Assembly: GCA_041158505.1 (NCBI GenBank)
Contig: JBEBBG010000019.1
Coordinates: forward strand, 1 to 54,232
DNA length: 54,232 nt
DNA from: Candidatus Parcubacteria bacterium
Lineage (GTDB): Bacteria; Patescibacteriota; Minisyncoccia; Phycocordibacterales; JAACPR01
Direction: 5' to 3'
Of this stretch, positions 27,196 to 37,618 are shown piece after piece. The position numbers were made by a program, and so were the translations under genes. Positions within the stretch are counted from its first letter, which is position 1; the number at the start of each line of letters is the position of its first letter. Below the pieces are notes generated by a model. That model saw nothing but the letters and a program-made list of their open reading frames with translations, made no database searches and was not told where the DNA came from.

Positions 27196-27624
27196 CTACA
27201 TTTGGTCTCGGGCCACAACCTTTACAGTTACTGGGAGCTTGGTACCCGCTTTTCGAAGTGCTTCTCGAGCGATATCGGCTGGTACGCCGTCAATCTCAAA
27301 AAGTACTCGTCCTGGGTATACTTCAAACTCATATCCCTGAAGATCTCCCTTACCCTTACCCATCTTTACCTCTGCAGGCTTCTTGGTGAAAGGCTTGTCT
27401 GGGAAGATGCGGATCCATGATCGGCCAACCTTACCCATGTGACGTGACATTGCGCGTCGAGCTGCCTCAATCTGGTTTGATCGAACGCGACCGTAGCTTG
27501 TTGCCTTAAGGCCGAACTCACCGAATGCAACGGTAATACCGCGAGTTTCTGGTCGTGTCATTCGAGCCGGATTGATTCGGTTCGTGTGGTGTTTTCGGTG
27601 TTTTACTTTCTTTGGAAACAGCAT
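27196..27624 (-). CDS. rplP: 50S ribosomal protein L16
   Basis: [15 protein letters not shown]. Confidence 0.97.
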   Translation of the reverse strand: MLFPKKVKHRKHHTNRINPARMTRPETRGITVAFGEFGLKATSYGRVRSNQIEAARRAMSRHMGKVGRSWIRIFPDKPFTKKPAEVKMGKGKGDLQGYEFEVYPGRVLFEIDGVPADIAREALRKAGTKLPVTVKVVARDQM

Positions 27625-27635
27625 AAGCCTAAGGA

Positions 27636-28295
27636 TTACTTCTCAAAAATTTCACCTCGGTAAATCCACACCTTGATACCAAGATCTCCCTGTGGAATGG
27701 TTGCTCGAACACGTGCAAAGTCAATATCGGCACGGAAGGTCTGAAGTGGCACTCGACCCTTCTTGAGCTCTTCTGTGCGGGCCATATCAGCACCGTTCAA
27801 ACGTCCTCCGATTCGGATTCGAACACCCTCAACCTCTCGGTTTGCCATAACCTTATCTACGGTCTGCTTGAGCACTCGTCGAAACGGCATACGCTTCTCG
27901 AGCATCTCAGCAACCATAAGGCCAACAAGCTGCGCGTTTGCCTCTGGGGTTCGCACCTCTTCAATGTCCACCTTGAGCTCAACTGCTTCATCAAAAATAC
28001 CCTCCTTCTTCATGAATTTGGTAATACTTGCTCGAAGCTTCTCTGCCCCCTCACCTGATCGGCCAATAATAAGGCCAGGACGTGATGTTTTGATGATGAC
28101 GCGAACCATCTTGTCGCTTCGCTCAATCTCAATAAGCGCTACGTACATACCCTTAAGCTGTCGCTCAACAAAAGATCGAAGCTTGATATCTGCCTTGAGG
28201 TAGTCACGGTACTTCTTGTCCATGCCAAACCAACGTGATTTCCACGTTCGTAGGATGCCGAGGCGATGTGCGTATGGATGTACGGTGTGTGACAT
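27636..28295 (-). CDS. rpsC: 30S ribosomal protein S3
   Basis: MSHTVHP, GRVPLQTFRADID. Confidence 0.97.
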   Translation of the reverse strand: MSHTVHPYAHRLGILRTWKSRWFGMDKKYRDYLKADIKLRSFVERQLKGMYVALIEIERSDKMVRVIIKTSRPGLIIGRSGEGAEKLRASITKFMKKEGIFDEAVELKVDIEEVRTPEANAQLVGLMVAEMLEKRMPFRRVLKQTVDKVMANREVEGVRIRIGGRLNGADMARTEELKKGRVPLQTFRADIDFARVRATIPQGDLGIKVWIYRGEIFEK

Positions 28296-28299
28296 AAAA

Positions 28300-28650
28300 T
28301 TATTCGGTATCGTTCTTAGTAGTCTGCTCCGCAAGGACAACACGGACGTGGCTTGTCTTCTTTCGAATCGGGTGCGCAGTACCTCGCCACTTTGGCATCC
28401 AGCGCTTCATAACAAAACCAGGATCTACAGAAATAGACTTTACGTAGAGCGTTTCTGGGTTGAGCTTAAAGTTGTGCTTCGCGTTTGCTACAGCTGACTC
28501 AAGGAGCTTCTTAATTGGGTCTGCAGCTCGCTTTGGAGCAAATGAAAGGGTTGTAATTGCAACACCAACCTTCTTGCCACGCACTGTATCTGCCACAAGG
28601 CGGACCTTGCGTGGTGACTGTCGGTAGTTTTTTAGCTCTGCTTTAACCAT
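28300..28650 (-). CDS. rplV: 50S ribosomal protein L22
   Basis: SPRKVRLVAD, SAVANA. Confidence 0.97.
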   Translation of the reverse strand: MVKAELKNYRQSPRKVRLVADTVRGKKVGVAITTLSFAPKRAADPIKKLLESAVANAKHNFKLNPETLYVKSISVDPGFVMKRWMPKWRGTAHPIRKKTSHVRVVLAEQTTKNDTE

Positions 28651-28661
28651 GGTGAAATATA

Positions 28662-29000
28662 TTACTTCTTAGCTGGGGTTGCCTTTGCGGCCTTTGCAGA
28701 TGCAATTTCTGCGGCCTTCTTTGCCTGATCAAGGTCCTTCTGCATCTTACCTCCGTGTCGCTTAAAGGTTTTTGTAGGTGCAAATTCACCGAGGCGGTGT
28801 CCAACCATTTCCTCGGTTACTAGTACGTCAAGAAAGTCTTTGCCGTTGTGCACCTTAAAGGTAAAACCAACCATTTCTGGCGCAATTTGGCTATCTCGTG
28901 CCCATGTCTTAATAGGACCTGCTTCAAGCGGCTTTTTACCCTCGATTTTCTTCAAGAGCTTCTCGTAGACGTATGGACCTTTTTTGACTGATCGTGCCAT
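28662..29000 (-). CDS. rpsS: 30S ribosomal protein S19
   Basis: [18 protein letters not shown]; candidate own promoter TTGACT-N16-TAACAT at 29071-29098. Confidence 0.97.
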   Translation of the reverse strand: MARSVKKGPYVYEKLLKKIEGKKPLEAGPIKTWARDSQIAPEMVGFTFKVHNGKDFLDVLVTEEMVGHRLGEFAPTKTFKRHGGKMQKDLDQAKKAAEIASAKAAKATPAKK

Positions 29001-29176
29001 TTTTTGATGAATTTACCCTGCGCTCTTTTGAGCACAAAAACTAAAAGCCCTGACGAGCTTGTGGTGTCAAATGTTAGCATATGGCTCTTTTTAGTCAAGC
29101 GGGTACGCTAGACCTACCCCACCAGTCTTGTTTATCCCTAGTTTCTACTATAGGCTGAACTAGAAATAAACGACCT

Positions 29177-30337
29177 ATGAGCAATCCAGATCCTTCCAAT
29201 CCGGGGGCTATTGCCTTGGCAAGGCTCCAAAACCTCTTACAACATCCTGGGTTCCGTATCGACGAGCACATGAAATGCTACGTTGATGGAGAATTCCTGG
29301 TCCGAAACGAAAACCAACCTCGCACAACATTCGACCCAGAGAAACTTGAACGGCACAAAGAGAGCATTAAAAACGGCGGTCAGATTGAACCAGTCGTCAT
29401 CATTCCATGGCTAACTGAATCAAACGGAAAGTACATCGGAAAAATCGTCGATGGCGAACGAACATGGCGCGCATGCAAGGAGTTGCATCGTGCCGTCTAC
29501 GTTGTCTTTACTGATCCACCAAAAGATGAGGATGAGCTCTTTGAGCGCGCCCTTATCGCCAACTTTGACCAAGAGAAGCACACAATCAACGAAACGGTCA
29601 GGGCTATCACACGTTTGCACGATGAACACGGACGAACCTTCGAGGAAATCCGAAAAAGGCTCGGCCTTGGCAGCCAGATGGATGTCAGCAACTTCTACAA
29701 GTTACGGCTGCTTCATCCGGAGTTACAACCCCTTCTCGACATCTCTCCAGTTGAATCGCGTGAGAAAAAGACCCCCAGGTTGGCAAAAATCCTTGGGCTC
29801 AAACTCGCAGAGTTTCCCAAAGATCGCCAAAAAGCCTTGTGGTTTGAAGTCATGGGCAAAGGGGCTCTTGAAGCCATTCGAGCCATCGACGATATGCAGG
29901 CTGTGGGCAAAATCGAACAAACAGTTGTCAGACGAGGCCCTCGACAAGTAAGCCCTGCTCAAGCAATTGAGCAGATTGGTGCACTCGTCCAACGAGCCTT
30001 GAATGATATCAATCTGCTCTGTTCGCACCTTCCCTCTGACAAGCTTCCTGATTTGGTTCAGAAAATGCGCGCATCAGGAGGCCTGAAAGGGACGTTACAG
30101 CAGATTGAGACACTCTACATGACTGCAGCCTACCTCTACATGGGCCTAGCCGGGATGAATGCTGAGCAGACACGCAGTGCAACTGAGGCAAAGCAGATAC
30201 GCGACCTGCTTCGTCAACAACTCAACCTTAGGGACTGGGAACCCGAGGTTATAAGACGAGCACGCGAAGCTCAGCGCAAGCAACCCAACCCCCAAGCTCC
30301 AAAGAAGACTACCGACCGCAATGCTGGTGAATACTAG
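29177..30337 (+). CDS. ParB/Srx N-terminal-domain protein with HTH and long helical C-terminus
   Basis: NQPRTTF, SIKNGGQIEPV, IVDGERTWRA, TFEEIRKRLG. Confidence 0.8.
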   Translation: MSNPDPSNPGAIALARLQNLLQHPGFRIDEHMKCYVDGEFLVRNENQPRTTFDPEKLERHKESIKNGGQIEPVVIIPWLTESNGKYIGKIVDGERTWRACKELHRAVYVVFTDPPKDEDELFERALIANFDQEKHTINETVRAITRLHDEHGRTFEEIRKRLGLGSQMDVSNFYKLRLLHPELQPLLDISPVESREKKTPRLAKILGLKLAEFPKDRQKALWFEVMGKGALEAIRAIDDMQAVGKIEQTVVRRGPRQVSPAQAIEQIGALVQRALNDINLLCSHLPSDKLPDLVQKMRASGGLKGTLQQIETLYMTAAYLYMGLAGMNAEQTRSATEAKQIRDLLRQQLNLRDWEPEVIRRAREAQRKQPNPQAPKKTTDRNAGEY

Positions 30338-30397
30338 GTTGCGGTTTTTTCGTACTATTGAAAAACTACATAAAATGTGGTATTTTTCTTGAAAAAT

Positions 30398-31060
30398 ATG
30401 AAAAGTTTTGATCCTTCTCTCCCCGAAGAAACTGTCCAGAAATGGGTGCGCGATGTGCAAGACCATGGATGTCCTGAAAGTTTTGGGCGTATTTACGAGC
30501 AGTTCCACTGCCTCGTGACAACAATCTGCCGCAAACATCTCCCTGGCCGGCCAGAGGCAGATGTCGAGGACACGGTTCAGACTGTGTTCAGAAAACTCTG
30601 GGAGACAAAGATGCGATCTTTCAGAGGTGAAACATCTCACGTCTTTGGCGCCTGGTTGAAAACAATCACAGCCAACCGGTGCACTGATGTCATGCGGAAG
30701 CTCAGGCGTTCTGTGCCAACTGACCATCACAGTCTTACATTACTTGAGGTCGACCAAGCAAACGAAGTGCGCGGACACATGCCTACGGATCACATTCGCT
30801 ACGTCGAACTGGTTCGTGCGTTTGAAACTGCGCTGACATGTCTCAGCCCGAGAGCCCAAGAAGTACTTCGTGCAGCAATCCTTGGAGGCAAGAAGTACGC
30901 TGAGATTGCAGCCGAACTTGGACTAACCGTAACCAACACGGGAAACATTCTGAGTTTCAATATAAGGCGATTACGGGAGGCACTCGTCGAGCTGCATCCC
31001 GAATACGCACGACGCGCGCGGCAACGAACTTCCAAGCGAAACCCTACTCTGGAGCCATAA
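30398..31060 (+). CDS. ECF-type sigma-70 factor
   Basis: DVEDTVQTVF, AWLKTITANRCTD, LSPRAQEV, YAEIAAELG; start uncertain (30377 or 30398). Confidence 0.85.
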   Translation: MKSFDPSLPEETVQKWVRDVQDHGCPESFGRIYEQFHCLVTTICRKHLPGRPEADVEDTVQTVFRKLWETKMRSFRGETSHVFGAWLKTITANRCTDVMRKLRRSVPTDHHSLTLLEVDQANEVRGHMPTDHIRYVELVRAFETALTCLSPRAQEVLRAAILGGKKYAEIAAELGLTVTNTGNILSFNIRRLREALVELHPEYARRARQRTSKRNPTLEP

Positions 31061-31108
31061 TGGCTCCTTTTTCTTTTACACCACCCCACTTTCCGCTATA
31101 CTTGCCGC

Positions 31109-33085
31109 ATGCAATACAAAACCTACGTTGAGCCAGATTTTTCATGGGTAATCTGGAACCCAAAAAAGATTAAAGCGATAGCTGAGGAAGTGCTTACTAA
31201 CCAAAAGAAGACCTACGCAGCAATTAAAGCCGTTCCTAAAAAGGAGCGAACCTTTGCGAACACCTTCTACCCGCTCGACCTGGCGAGCCAGTTCTGGTCT
31301 GACCGCATGAGTCCCATTGATATCCTCAAAAACGCCAGTGACGACAAGAAGGTGCGCGATGCTGCCCTGGAAGCCGAGGTGTGGCTCTCAGGCGAGTATG
31401 CAGCACTTGTACGGGACAAGGAGCTGTATGCAGCACTCAAGGAGTACAAAGTGGGCAGCGAGAAGCTTGAGGCACACGAGCAGCTCATGATTAAGGACAC
31501 CCTTCGCGGCTTTAAGCGAATGGGTCTTGATCTCCCTGAAAAGACACAAAAAGAGCTCCTCTCGCTCATTCAGGAATCAACCAAGCTCAAAGCCGAATTC
31601 GCAAAAAATATTGCGGAGTACGAAGACCACATCGAGGTCACCAAAGAAGATTTAAAAAACTTTCCAGAGCGGTACGTCAAAAGTTTGGCAAAGACCAAAA
31701 AGGGCTACAAGGTCACCCTTAGCTACCCAGACGTGGACCCGTTCTTTAAACACTCACCGAACGAAGCGCTTCGAGAAAAGCTGCAGCGGAAGGTGCTCCG
31801 CAAGGGTGGAACAAAAAACATCCAGATTCTCGAGCGACTGATTGCAATTCGGCAACGTAAAGCGGTTATTCTCGGCTACAAAACATATGCCCACCTCGTG
31901 CTCGATGAACGCATGGCAAAGAACCCGGAAACCGTCCTTCGTTTTCTTGATAGCCTCGACACCAAACTCATCGAGCGGGCAAAAGCAGACGTCCAGCAGC
32001 TCACACAACGAAAGCAGCATGATCTTGGAAAAAAAGCTCGGCTTGAAATGTGGGATATTGCATACTACGCAAATAAGCTTCTGAAGGAGCAGTACAACCT
32101 CGATACTGAGCTTTTGCGAGAATACTTCCCCCTCGATCACGTCCTTGCCACCATGTTTGATTTGTTTGGCGGCCTCTTTGGTGTGCAGTTCAAAGAGGTC
32201 AAAGACATCAAGCTCTGGCATAAAGACGTTCGACTCTTTGCAGTCTACAAAGGCAAGCAACGCACCGGATACATTGCAATGGACTGCTTCCCTCGTCCAG
32301 GTAAGTTCAGCCACATGGCAGCATTTCCTATTACTGACGGGCGCACTCAAGGCTTCCGAGGCAGTGCGTACGTGATGCCAGTAAGTGCCATGATTGGTAA
32401 CTTTGCAAAGCCAGTTGCAGGCGAAGAACCAAAGCTTTCACTCGGCGAAGTTAGTACGCTCTTCCATGAGTTTGGTCACTTGCTCCACAATACTCTCACC
32501 CGCGCGGCGCTTGCCTCACAATCAGGCTTTGATGTGACCTGGGACTTCGTAGAGCTTCCCTCACAGCTTGCAGAAGCATGGCTCCAAGAACCAGCATTCC
32601 TCAAGAAGGTCAGTAAGCACTACAAAACAGGTAAACCAATCGATACGGCAACAATTAGAACAATTATCGAAACTGATCTCTTCCTGCGCGGTATGAGCGA
32701 AGTGCGACAAAATATGCTCGCGCGTTACGACATGGACCTCCACACACGCACAAAGCCCGTACGCGGCATTGTCGACATCTACAAGCAACTCTACAAAAAG
32801 ACTACTGGTATCACCATGCCGACTGATTCACTCTTCCCTGCAGGCTTCGGACACATTGCTGGTGGCTACGACGCGGGCTACTACTCGTACAAGTGGGCAG
32901 AAGTGTATGCATGTGACGTCTTTGATCGCTTCAAGCGTGAAGGTATCTTTAGTAAAAAGGTAGGCACTGCGTACCTCACCGAAATCCTTGAGCGCGGCTC
33001 ATCACGAGATGAGATGGAATCACTCGTTGCCTTCCTTGGCCGCAAACCAAACAGCAAAGCTTTCCTCAAATCAATCGGGTTGTAA
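31109..33085 (+). CDS. M3 family oligopeptidase (thimet/OpdA-like)
   Basis: TLFHEFGH, WDFVELPSQ, GYDAGYYSYKWA. Confidence 0.95.
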   Translation: MQYKTYVEPDFSWVIWNPKKIKAIAEEVLTNQKKTYAAIKAVPKKERTFANTFYPLDLASQFWSDRMSPIDILKNASDDKKVRDAALEAEVWLSGEYAALVRDKELYAALKEYKVGSEKLEAHEQLMIKDTLRGFKRMGLDLPEKTQKELLSLIQESTKLKAEFAKNIAEYEDHIEVTKEDLKNFPERYVKSLAKTKKGYKVTLSYPDVDPFFKHSPNEALREKLQRKVLRKGGTKNIQILERLIAIRQRKAVILGYKTYAHLVLDERMAKNPETVLRFLDSLDTKLIERAKADVQQLTQRKQHDLGKKARLEMWDIAYYANKLLKEQYNLDTELLREYFPLDHVLATMFDLFGGLFGVQFKEVKDIKLWHKDVRLFAVYKGKQRTGYIAMDCFPRPGKFSHMAAFPITDGRTQGFRGSAYVMPVSAMIGNFAKPVAGEEPKLSLGEVSTLFHEFGHLLHNTLTRAALASQSGFDVTWDFVELPSQLAEAWLQEPAFLKKVSKHYKTGKPIDTATIRTIIETDLFLRGMSEVRQNMLARYDMDLHTRTKPVRGIVDIYKQLYKKTTGITMPTDSLFPAGFGHIAGGYDAGYYSYKWAEVYACDVFDRFKREGIFSKKVGTAYLTEILERGSSRDEMESLVAFLGRKPNSKAFLKSIGL

Positions 33086-33102
33086 CAAGCTGCACAGAAC
33101 TA

Positions 33103-33243
33103 GAAACAAGTAACAGGGCCCTGCTGCGGGCATCTCGGAGCCGTCCTCAACGGCGAGAGCTAGCTGAAAACAAAAGCCGGACCACGTAGTGGTCCGGCTT
33201 TTGTTTTACAGCGTGCCCGCGGCAGGGCCCTGTTACTTGTTTC
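33103..33243. repeat. nested inverted-repeat element and bidirectional terminator
   Basis: 30-bp arms with one mismatch; inner perfect hairpin 33167-33207. Confidence 0.8.
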
Positions 33244-34081
33244 GCTTCGTCTTGCGTCGCGTCACAATCATTGGGTTTGAGTACTTCTTTGGACGTCGTG
33301 TCTTTACACCGTATGCAAGCTTACCGTGTCGAGTCTTTGGACCACGTCGAAGACCAATACCCTGTCGGCCTTCTCCACCTCCGTGAGGGTGATCTACCGG
33401 GTTCATCGCAGAACCACGAACCGTTGGACGAATACCAAGATGTCGGCTTCGTCCTGCCTTACCAAGGTTTCGGAGCTTGTGCTCTGGGTTTGAAACTTCA
33501 CCGATAGTTGCCCATGCACCTGACGTAACCTTTCGGACTTCTGTTGATGGCATCTTAAGCTGTGTAACGTTTGCATCAGTGTCCTGAGCAATAACCTCAG
33601 CGTAAATACCAGCACCTCGTGCAAGCTTTGCGCCACCATCAACGTTAAGTTCAATGTTGAACACAAATGAACCAACTGGAATGTTTCGAAGTGGCAATCG
33701 GTTACCAAGTGTAGGCTTTGCAGTCTCGCTTACGATAAAGGTATCTCCCGCAGTCATCTTTTGAGGGATGAGTACGTACCGTCGTTCACCGTCTGCGTAG
33801 AGTGCTACACCAACGAATCCTGATCGATTTGGATCGTACTCAACAGATTCAATCTTTGCGGGGATATCCTTTTTGTTGTAGGTGAAATCGATTGCTCGGT
33901 AGAGACGCTTGTTTCCACCTCCCTTGTGCGGCACCGTAATGCGTCCGCGATTGTTTCGTCCTGCATTACGCTTTGTACCCTTCACAAGCGCTTTTCGTGG
34001 CTTTGAGGTGGTGAGTGTCTTCTTGTATGGCACCACGGTCATACCGCGGCTACCTGGTGTTGTTGGTTTAAATTTCTTCAT
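33233..34081 (-). CDS. rplB: 50S ribosomal protein L2
   Basis: YDPNRS, MNPVDHPHGGGEG. Confidence 0.98.
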   Translation of the reverse strand: MKKFKPTTPGSRGMTVVPYKKTLTTSKPRKALVKGTKRNAGRNNRGRITVPHKGGGNKRLYRAIDFTYNKKDIPAKIESVEYDPNRSGFVGVALYADGERRYVLIPQKMTAGDTFIVSETAKPTLGNRLPLRNIPVGSFVFNIELNVDGGAKLARGAGIYAEVIAQDTDANVTQLKMPSTEVRKVTSGAWATIGEVSNPEHKLRNLGKAGRSRHLGIRPTVRGSAMNPVDHPHGGGEGRQGIGLRRGPKTRHGKLAYGVKTRRPKKYSNPMIVTRRKTKRNK

Positions 34082-34137
34082 GATTATGTGAGTTAGCAGC
34101 TCAATGATGAGCTATACAACCTCGTTACTTTCTAAAT

Positions 34138-34491
34138 CTAGACGAACTGAATCGTGTCGCCTTTCTTGAGCGTGACGTACGCCTTCTTGGTTCCTCCTGA
34201 TACACCTCGAGTGACACCAGAACGCTTTCGACGTGTTGTCTTTTTGCTCGGTTCTTTTGCAATGTTGATACTTACCGGTGTTACCTTGTATGCCTCAACG
34301 ACCGCCTGAGCGACATCTGCCTTTGTTGCGCGAGGACTAATGTTAAATACATAGACCCCCTTCTCTGCAACAAGCGCTGCCTTCTCAGTAATACGCGGCT
34401 GCTTAAGTACCCACGTAACATCACGTGTACTTGCACCTGTCTTTGCTACAGCTTTTGTTGCTGTTTTCTTTTTTGTTCCAAAGATTGCCAT
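34138..34491 (-). CDS. rplW: 50S ribosomal protein L23
   Basis: PRITEKA, KKAYVTL. Confidence 0.95.
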   Translation of the reverse strand: MAIFGTKKKTATKAVAKTGASTRDVTWVLKQPRITEKAALVAEKGVYVFNISPRATKADVAQAVVEAYKVTPVSINIAKEPSKKTTRRKRSGVTRGVSGGTKKAYVTLKKGDTIQFV

Positions 34492-34492
34492 A

Positions 34493-35155
34493 TTACTTCA
34501 TGCGAGCAGCAAGCTGCGCAACGCTTACGTCTGGGTTCTCAATAATGATGTACTTGTAGGTAAGCAAGTCGACTGGGTTCAAGTTTCGAACCTCATCGAG
34601 CTTTACGTTACCGAAGTTGTCGAAGCTCTTTTTGGTGTTGAGATCACGAGCATCTGTCGCAATGTAGGCTGCATTCTTGCGCTTTGTAGCAAGTGTTTCG
34701 CATCCCTTTACCTGCGCCAAGCTCTTGAGTACTTCCTTCGCCTCTTTGGTCTTTGGTTCTGCAAACGAGATATCGTCTACAAAGAGAACCTCACCATCCC
34801 GAAGCTTTTGTGAAAGAATCGTGTAGAGAGCCTTGGTCTTCATTTTCTTGTTTACCTTTCGGCTGAAGTCTTTTTCACTTCGAGGACCGAAGGTGATACC
34901 TCCACCGACCCAAATCGGTGAGCGTCGTGAACCGTGTCGAGCACGACCAGTTCCCTTTTGTCGCCATGGCTTCTTACCACCACCACGAACCTCGCTTCGA
35001 TCTTTGGTGTGTGCAACTGAATGTCGAGCATCGCTCTCCATGCTGGTTACCACTTGGTGCACAAGATCACTATTCCAAGCCAATCCGAAGATATCCTCTG
35101 GAACGTTCACCTTTGCTACTTCTTTTCCTTTTGTGTTGTAGATTACCTGTTCCAT
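34493..35155 (-). CDS. rplD: 50S ribosomal protein L4
   Basis: KPWRQKGTGRARHGS. Confidence 0.97.
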   Translation of the reverse strand: MEQVIYNTKGKEVAKVNVPEDIFGLAWNSDLVHQVVTSMESDARHSVAHTKDRSEVRGGGKKPWRQKGTGRARHGSRRSPIWVGGGITFGPRSEKDFSRKVNKKMKTKALYTILSQKLRDGEVLFVDDISFAEPKTKEAKEVLKSLAQVKGCETLATKRKNAAYIATDARDLNTKKSFDNFGNVKLDEVRNLNPVDLLTYKYIIIENPDVSVAQLAARMK

Positions 35156-35158
35156 ATA

Positions 35159-35773
35159 CTATCCGCGAATTTCTACCAATGTTCCTCGTCGGCCTGGGAT
35201 TGCTCCTCGGAGGAAGAGCTCGCCCGTCTCCTGGTTAATGTGCACAATCTTTACACCCTTGAGGGTTACTCGATCGCTACCCATTCGGCCACCCATACGC
35301 TTTCCCTTTCGGACCTTCTGCACACCTCCGGCACCAATAGAACCTGGTGACCGCTCATTGTGCTTCTGACCGTGGGTGCGTGGACCTCCAGAAAACCCGT
35401 GTCGCTTTACAACACCCTGGAAACCCTTACCCTTTGAGGTTGCAACAGCAACAACGCTGTCACCAACCGCAAATGCGTTGAGGTCAATCTTGTCACCAAC
35501 GGCAACGTCGATTCCCTCTTCGCTAACTCGGTTCTCCTTGAGGACACGAAAAGCCTGTCCAGCCTTTTTCATGTGTCCAAGGATTGCCTTACCAAGGCGT
35601 GATTCTTTTTGTTCACCATACCCAACCTGTACCGCATCGTAGCCGTCAGTTTCGAGTGTTTTGATCTGGTTTACCACCACAGGCACCGTTTTTACAACGG
35701 TTACTGGGTGTACGCGGCCTGTTTCATCGAAGACCTGCGTCATATGCTGCTTTTCTCCAAGGATAAATTTCAT
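35159..35773 (-). CDS. rplC: 50S ribosomal protein L3
   Basis: SKGKGFQGVVKRH. Confidence 0.97.
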   Translation of the reverse strand: MKFILGEKQHMTQVFDETGRVHPVTVVKTVPVVVNQIKTLETDGYDAVQVGYGEQKESRLGKAILGHMKKAGQAFRVLKENRVSEEGIDVAVGDKIDLNAFAVGDSVVAVATSKGKGFQGVVKRHGFSGGPRTHGQKHNERSPGSIGAGGVQKVRKGKRMGGRMGSDRVTLKGVKIVHINQETGELFLRGAIPGRRGTLVEIRG

Positions 35774-35777
35774 ACGC

Positions 35778-36122
35778 CTAGATCATCTTTACATCGACGT
35801 TGACGCCTGATGGAAGGGATAGGTTAGTGAGCGCTTCGATCACCTTAGCTTCTGGGTTCAAAATGTCAATCAATCGCTTATGAACTCGCATTTCGAATTG
35901 TTCTCGCGCATCTTCGTGTACGAAGGTCGAGCGATTAACCGTATACTTTTTGATTTCGGTTGGAAGCGGAATTGGACCACGGATGTCTGCGTCAAATCGC
36001 AAGGCCGTATCCATAATCTGCTTTACTGAAGCGTCAAGGATCTTGTGCTCGTACGCACGGACGCGAATGCGAAGCTTTGCTCCAACATCGCTCTTTGCTT
36101 TTGCTGCTTTTTTTTCTGCCAT
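35778..36122 (-). CDS. rpsJ: 30S ribosomal protein S10
   Basis: GPIPLPT, REQFE. Confidence 0.97.
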   Translation of the reverse strand: MAEKKAAKAKSDVGAKLRIRVRAYEHKILDASVKQIMDTALRFDADIRGPIPLPTEIKKYTVNRSTFVHEDAREQFEMRVHKRLIDILNPEAKVIEALTNLSLPSGVNVDVKMI

Positions 36123-36205
36123 ATGTATTTGGTGTTCAAGGAGCCAGTATTCCTTTGGGAATAGCCCAAGTGGGTATCCTGTCTACCTCGATACAGTTAG
36201 AGCCG

Positions 36206-37402
36206 TTAGGCTACGATTTTAGTTACAACACCTGCACCTACAGTCTTTCCACCTTCACGGATAGCAAATCGCTGCTGATCCTCGAGTGCTACTGGAGCTA
36301 CAAGCTTTACCTTAAAGGTTGCAGTATCACCTGGCATAACCATTTCAGTTCCTTCTGCAAGGGTAACCTCACCAGTTACGTCAGTTGTTCGGATGTAGAA
36401 CTGTGGCTTGTATCCTGAGAAGAATGGGGTGTGTCGTCCTCCCTCTTCCTTCTTAAGGATGTATACCTCAGCTTCGAAGTCTGTGTGTGGAGTTACTGAG
36501 CCCTTTGCTGAGATAACCTGACCTCGGTGGATGTCCTCCTTCTTTGTACCTCGAAGAAGAATACCAGCGTTGTCTCCTGCAAGACCTTCCTGAAGCTGCT
36601 TGTTGAACATTTCGATACCAGTAACGGTTGTGACACTTGTCGGCTTAAGACCAACAATTTCAATTTCCTCACCAACCTTTACCTTACCGCGCTCGATTCG
36701 TCCGGTTACTACCGTTCCTCGTCCTTCGATTGAGAAGATGTCCTCAACTGGCATAAGGAATGGCTTTTCGGTCTCACGAACTGGCTGTGGGATGTATGAA
36801 TCCATGGTGTCAGCGAGCTCAATAATCTTCTGAACCCACTGATCATCAGCTGATGATGCCTCAACTGCCTTAAGTGCTGAACCCTTGATTACCGGTGCGT
36901 TTGCGCCGTCAAAGCCGTTAGCAGTAAGGAGCTCTCGGATTTCCTCTTCTACAAGGTCAACCATTTCCTGGTCATCTACCATGTCTACCTTGTTGATGAA
37001 TACCATAAGCTTTGGAACACCAACCTGGCGTGCCAAAAGTACGTGCTCACGTGTCTGTGGCATCATACCGTCAGTTGCAGCCACTACGAGTACTGCGCCG
37101 TCCATCTGAGCAGCACCAGTAATCATGTTCTTGATGTAGTCCGCGTGACCTGGCGCGTCAATGTGCGCGTAGTGTCGGTTTGGAGTCTCGTACTCGTTGT
37201 GAGAGAGAGCAATAGTAATACCACGTGCCTTCTCTTCTGGCGCGTTGTCAATCTGGTCAACACCCTTAACTGCAGCGCTGTAGCCGTTACCCTTAAGGTT
37301 CAAGCTGTGTAGGATAGCAGCAGTAAGTGTAGTCTTTCCGTGGTCAACGTGACCAATGGTACCAACGTTTACGTGCGGCTTTGCTCGATTAAATTCTGCC
37401 AT
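36206..37402 (-). CDS. tuf: elongation factor Tu
   Basis: [20 protein letters not shown]. Confidence 0.99.
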   Translation of the reverse strand: MAEFNRAKPHVNVGTIGHVDHGKTTLTAAILHSLNLKGNGYSAAVKGVDQIDNAPEEKARGITIALSHNEYETPNRHYAHIDAPGHADYIKNMITGAAQMDGAVLVVAATDGMMPQTREHVLLARQVGVPKLMVFINKVDMVDDQEMVDLVEEEIRELLTANGFDGANAPVIKGSALKAVEASSADDQWVQKIIELADTMDSYIPQPVRETEKPFLMPVEDIFSIEGRGTVVTGRIERGKVKVGEEIEIVGLKPTSVTTVTGIEMFNKQLQEGLAGDNAGILLRGTKKEDIHRGQVISAKGSVTPHTDFEAEVYILKKEEGGRHTPFFSGYKPQFYIRTTDVTGEVTLAEGTEMVMPGDTATFKVKLVAPVALEDQQRFAIREGGKTVGAGVVTKIVA

Positions 37403-37618
37403 AGTAATGTATTAGATTAATGAACTGCTCATCTAGGGCAGCGGCGCGAGAACGGTGCGCTACCCCAAACGAGCAAGTAATAAAGGCAATTTTTGTAGCT
37501 CCCCTCGTCTCGTGCTACGAAAGCACATAGAAAAAAGCGCGAAAATTGCGTAGGAACATACTATCAAAACAGACGCAAGTGTCAACAGTCGCCACTGCCT
37601 ATTTTGGCGTTTTTACCC

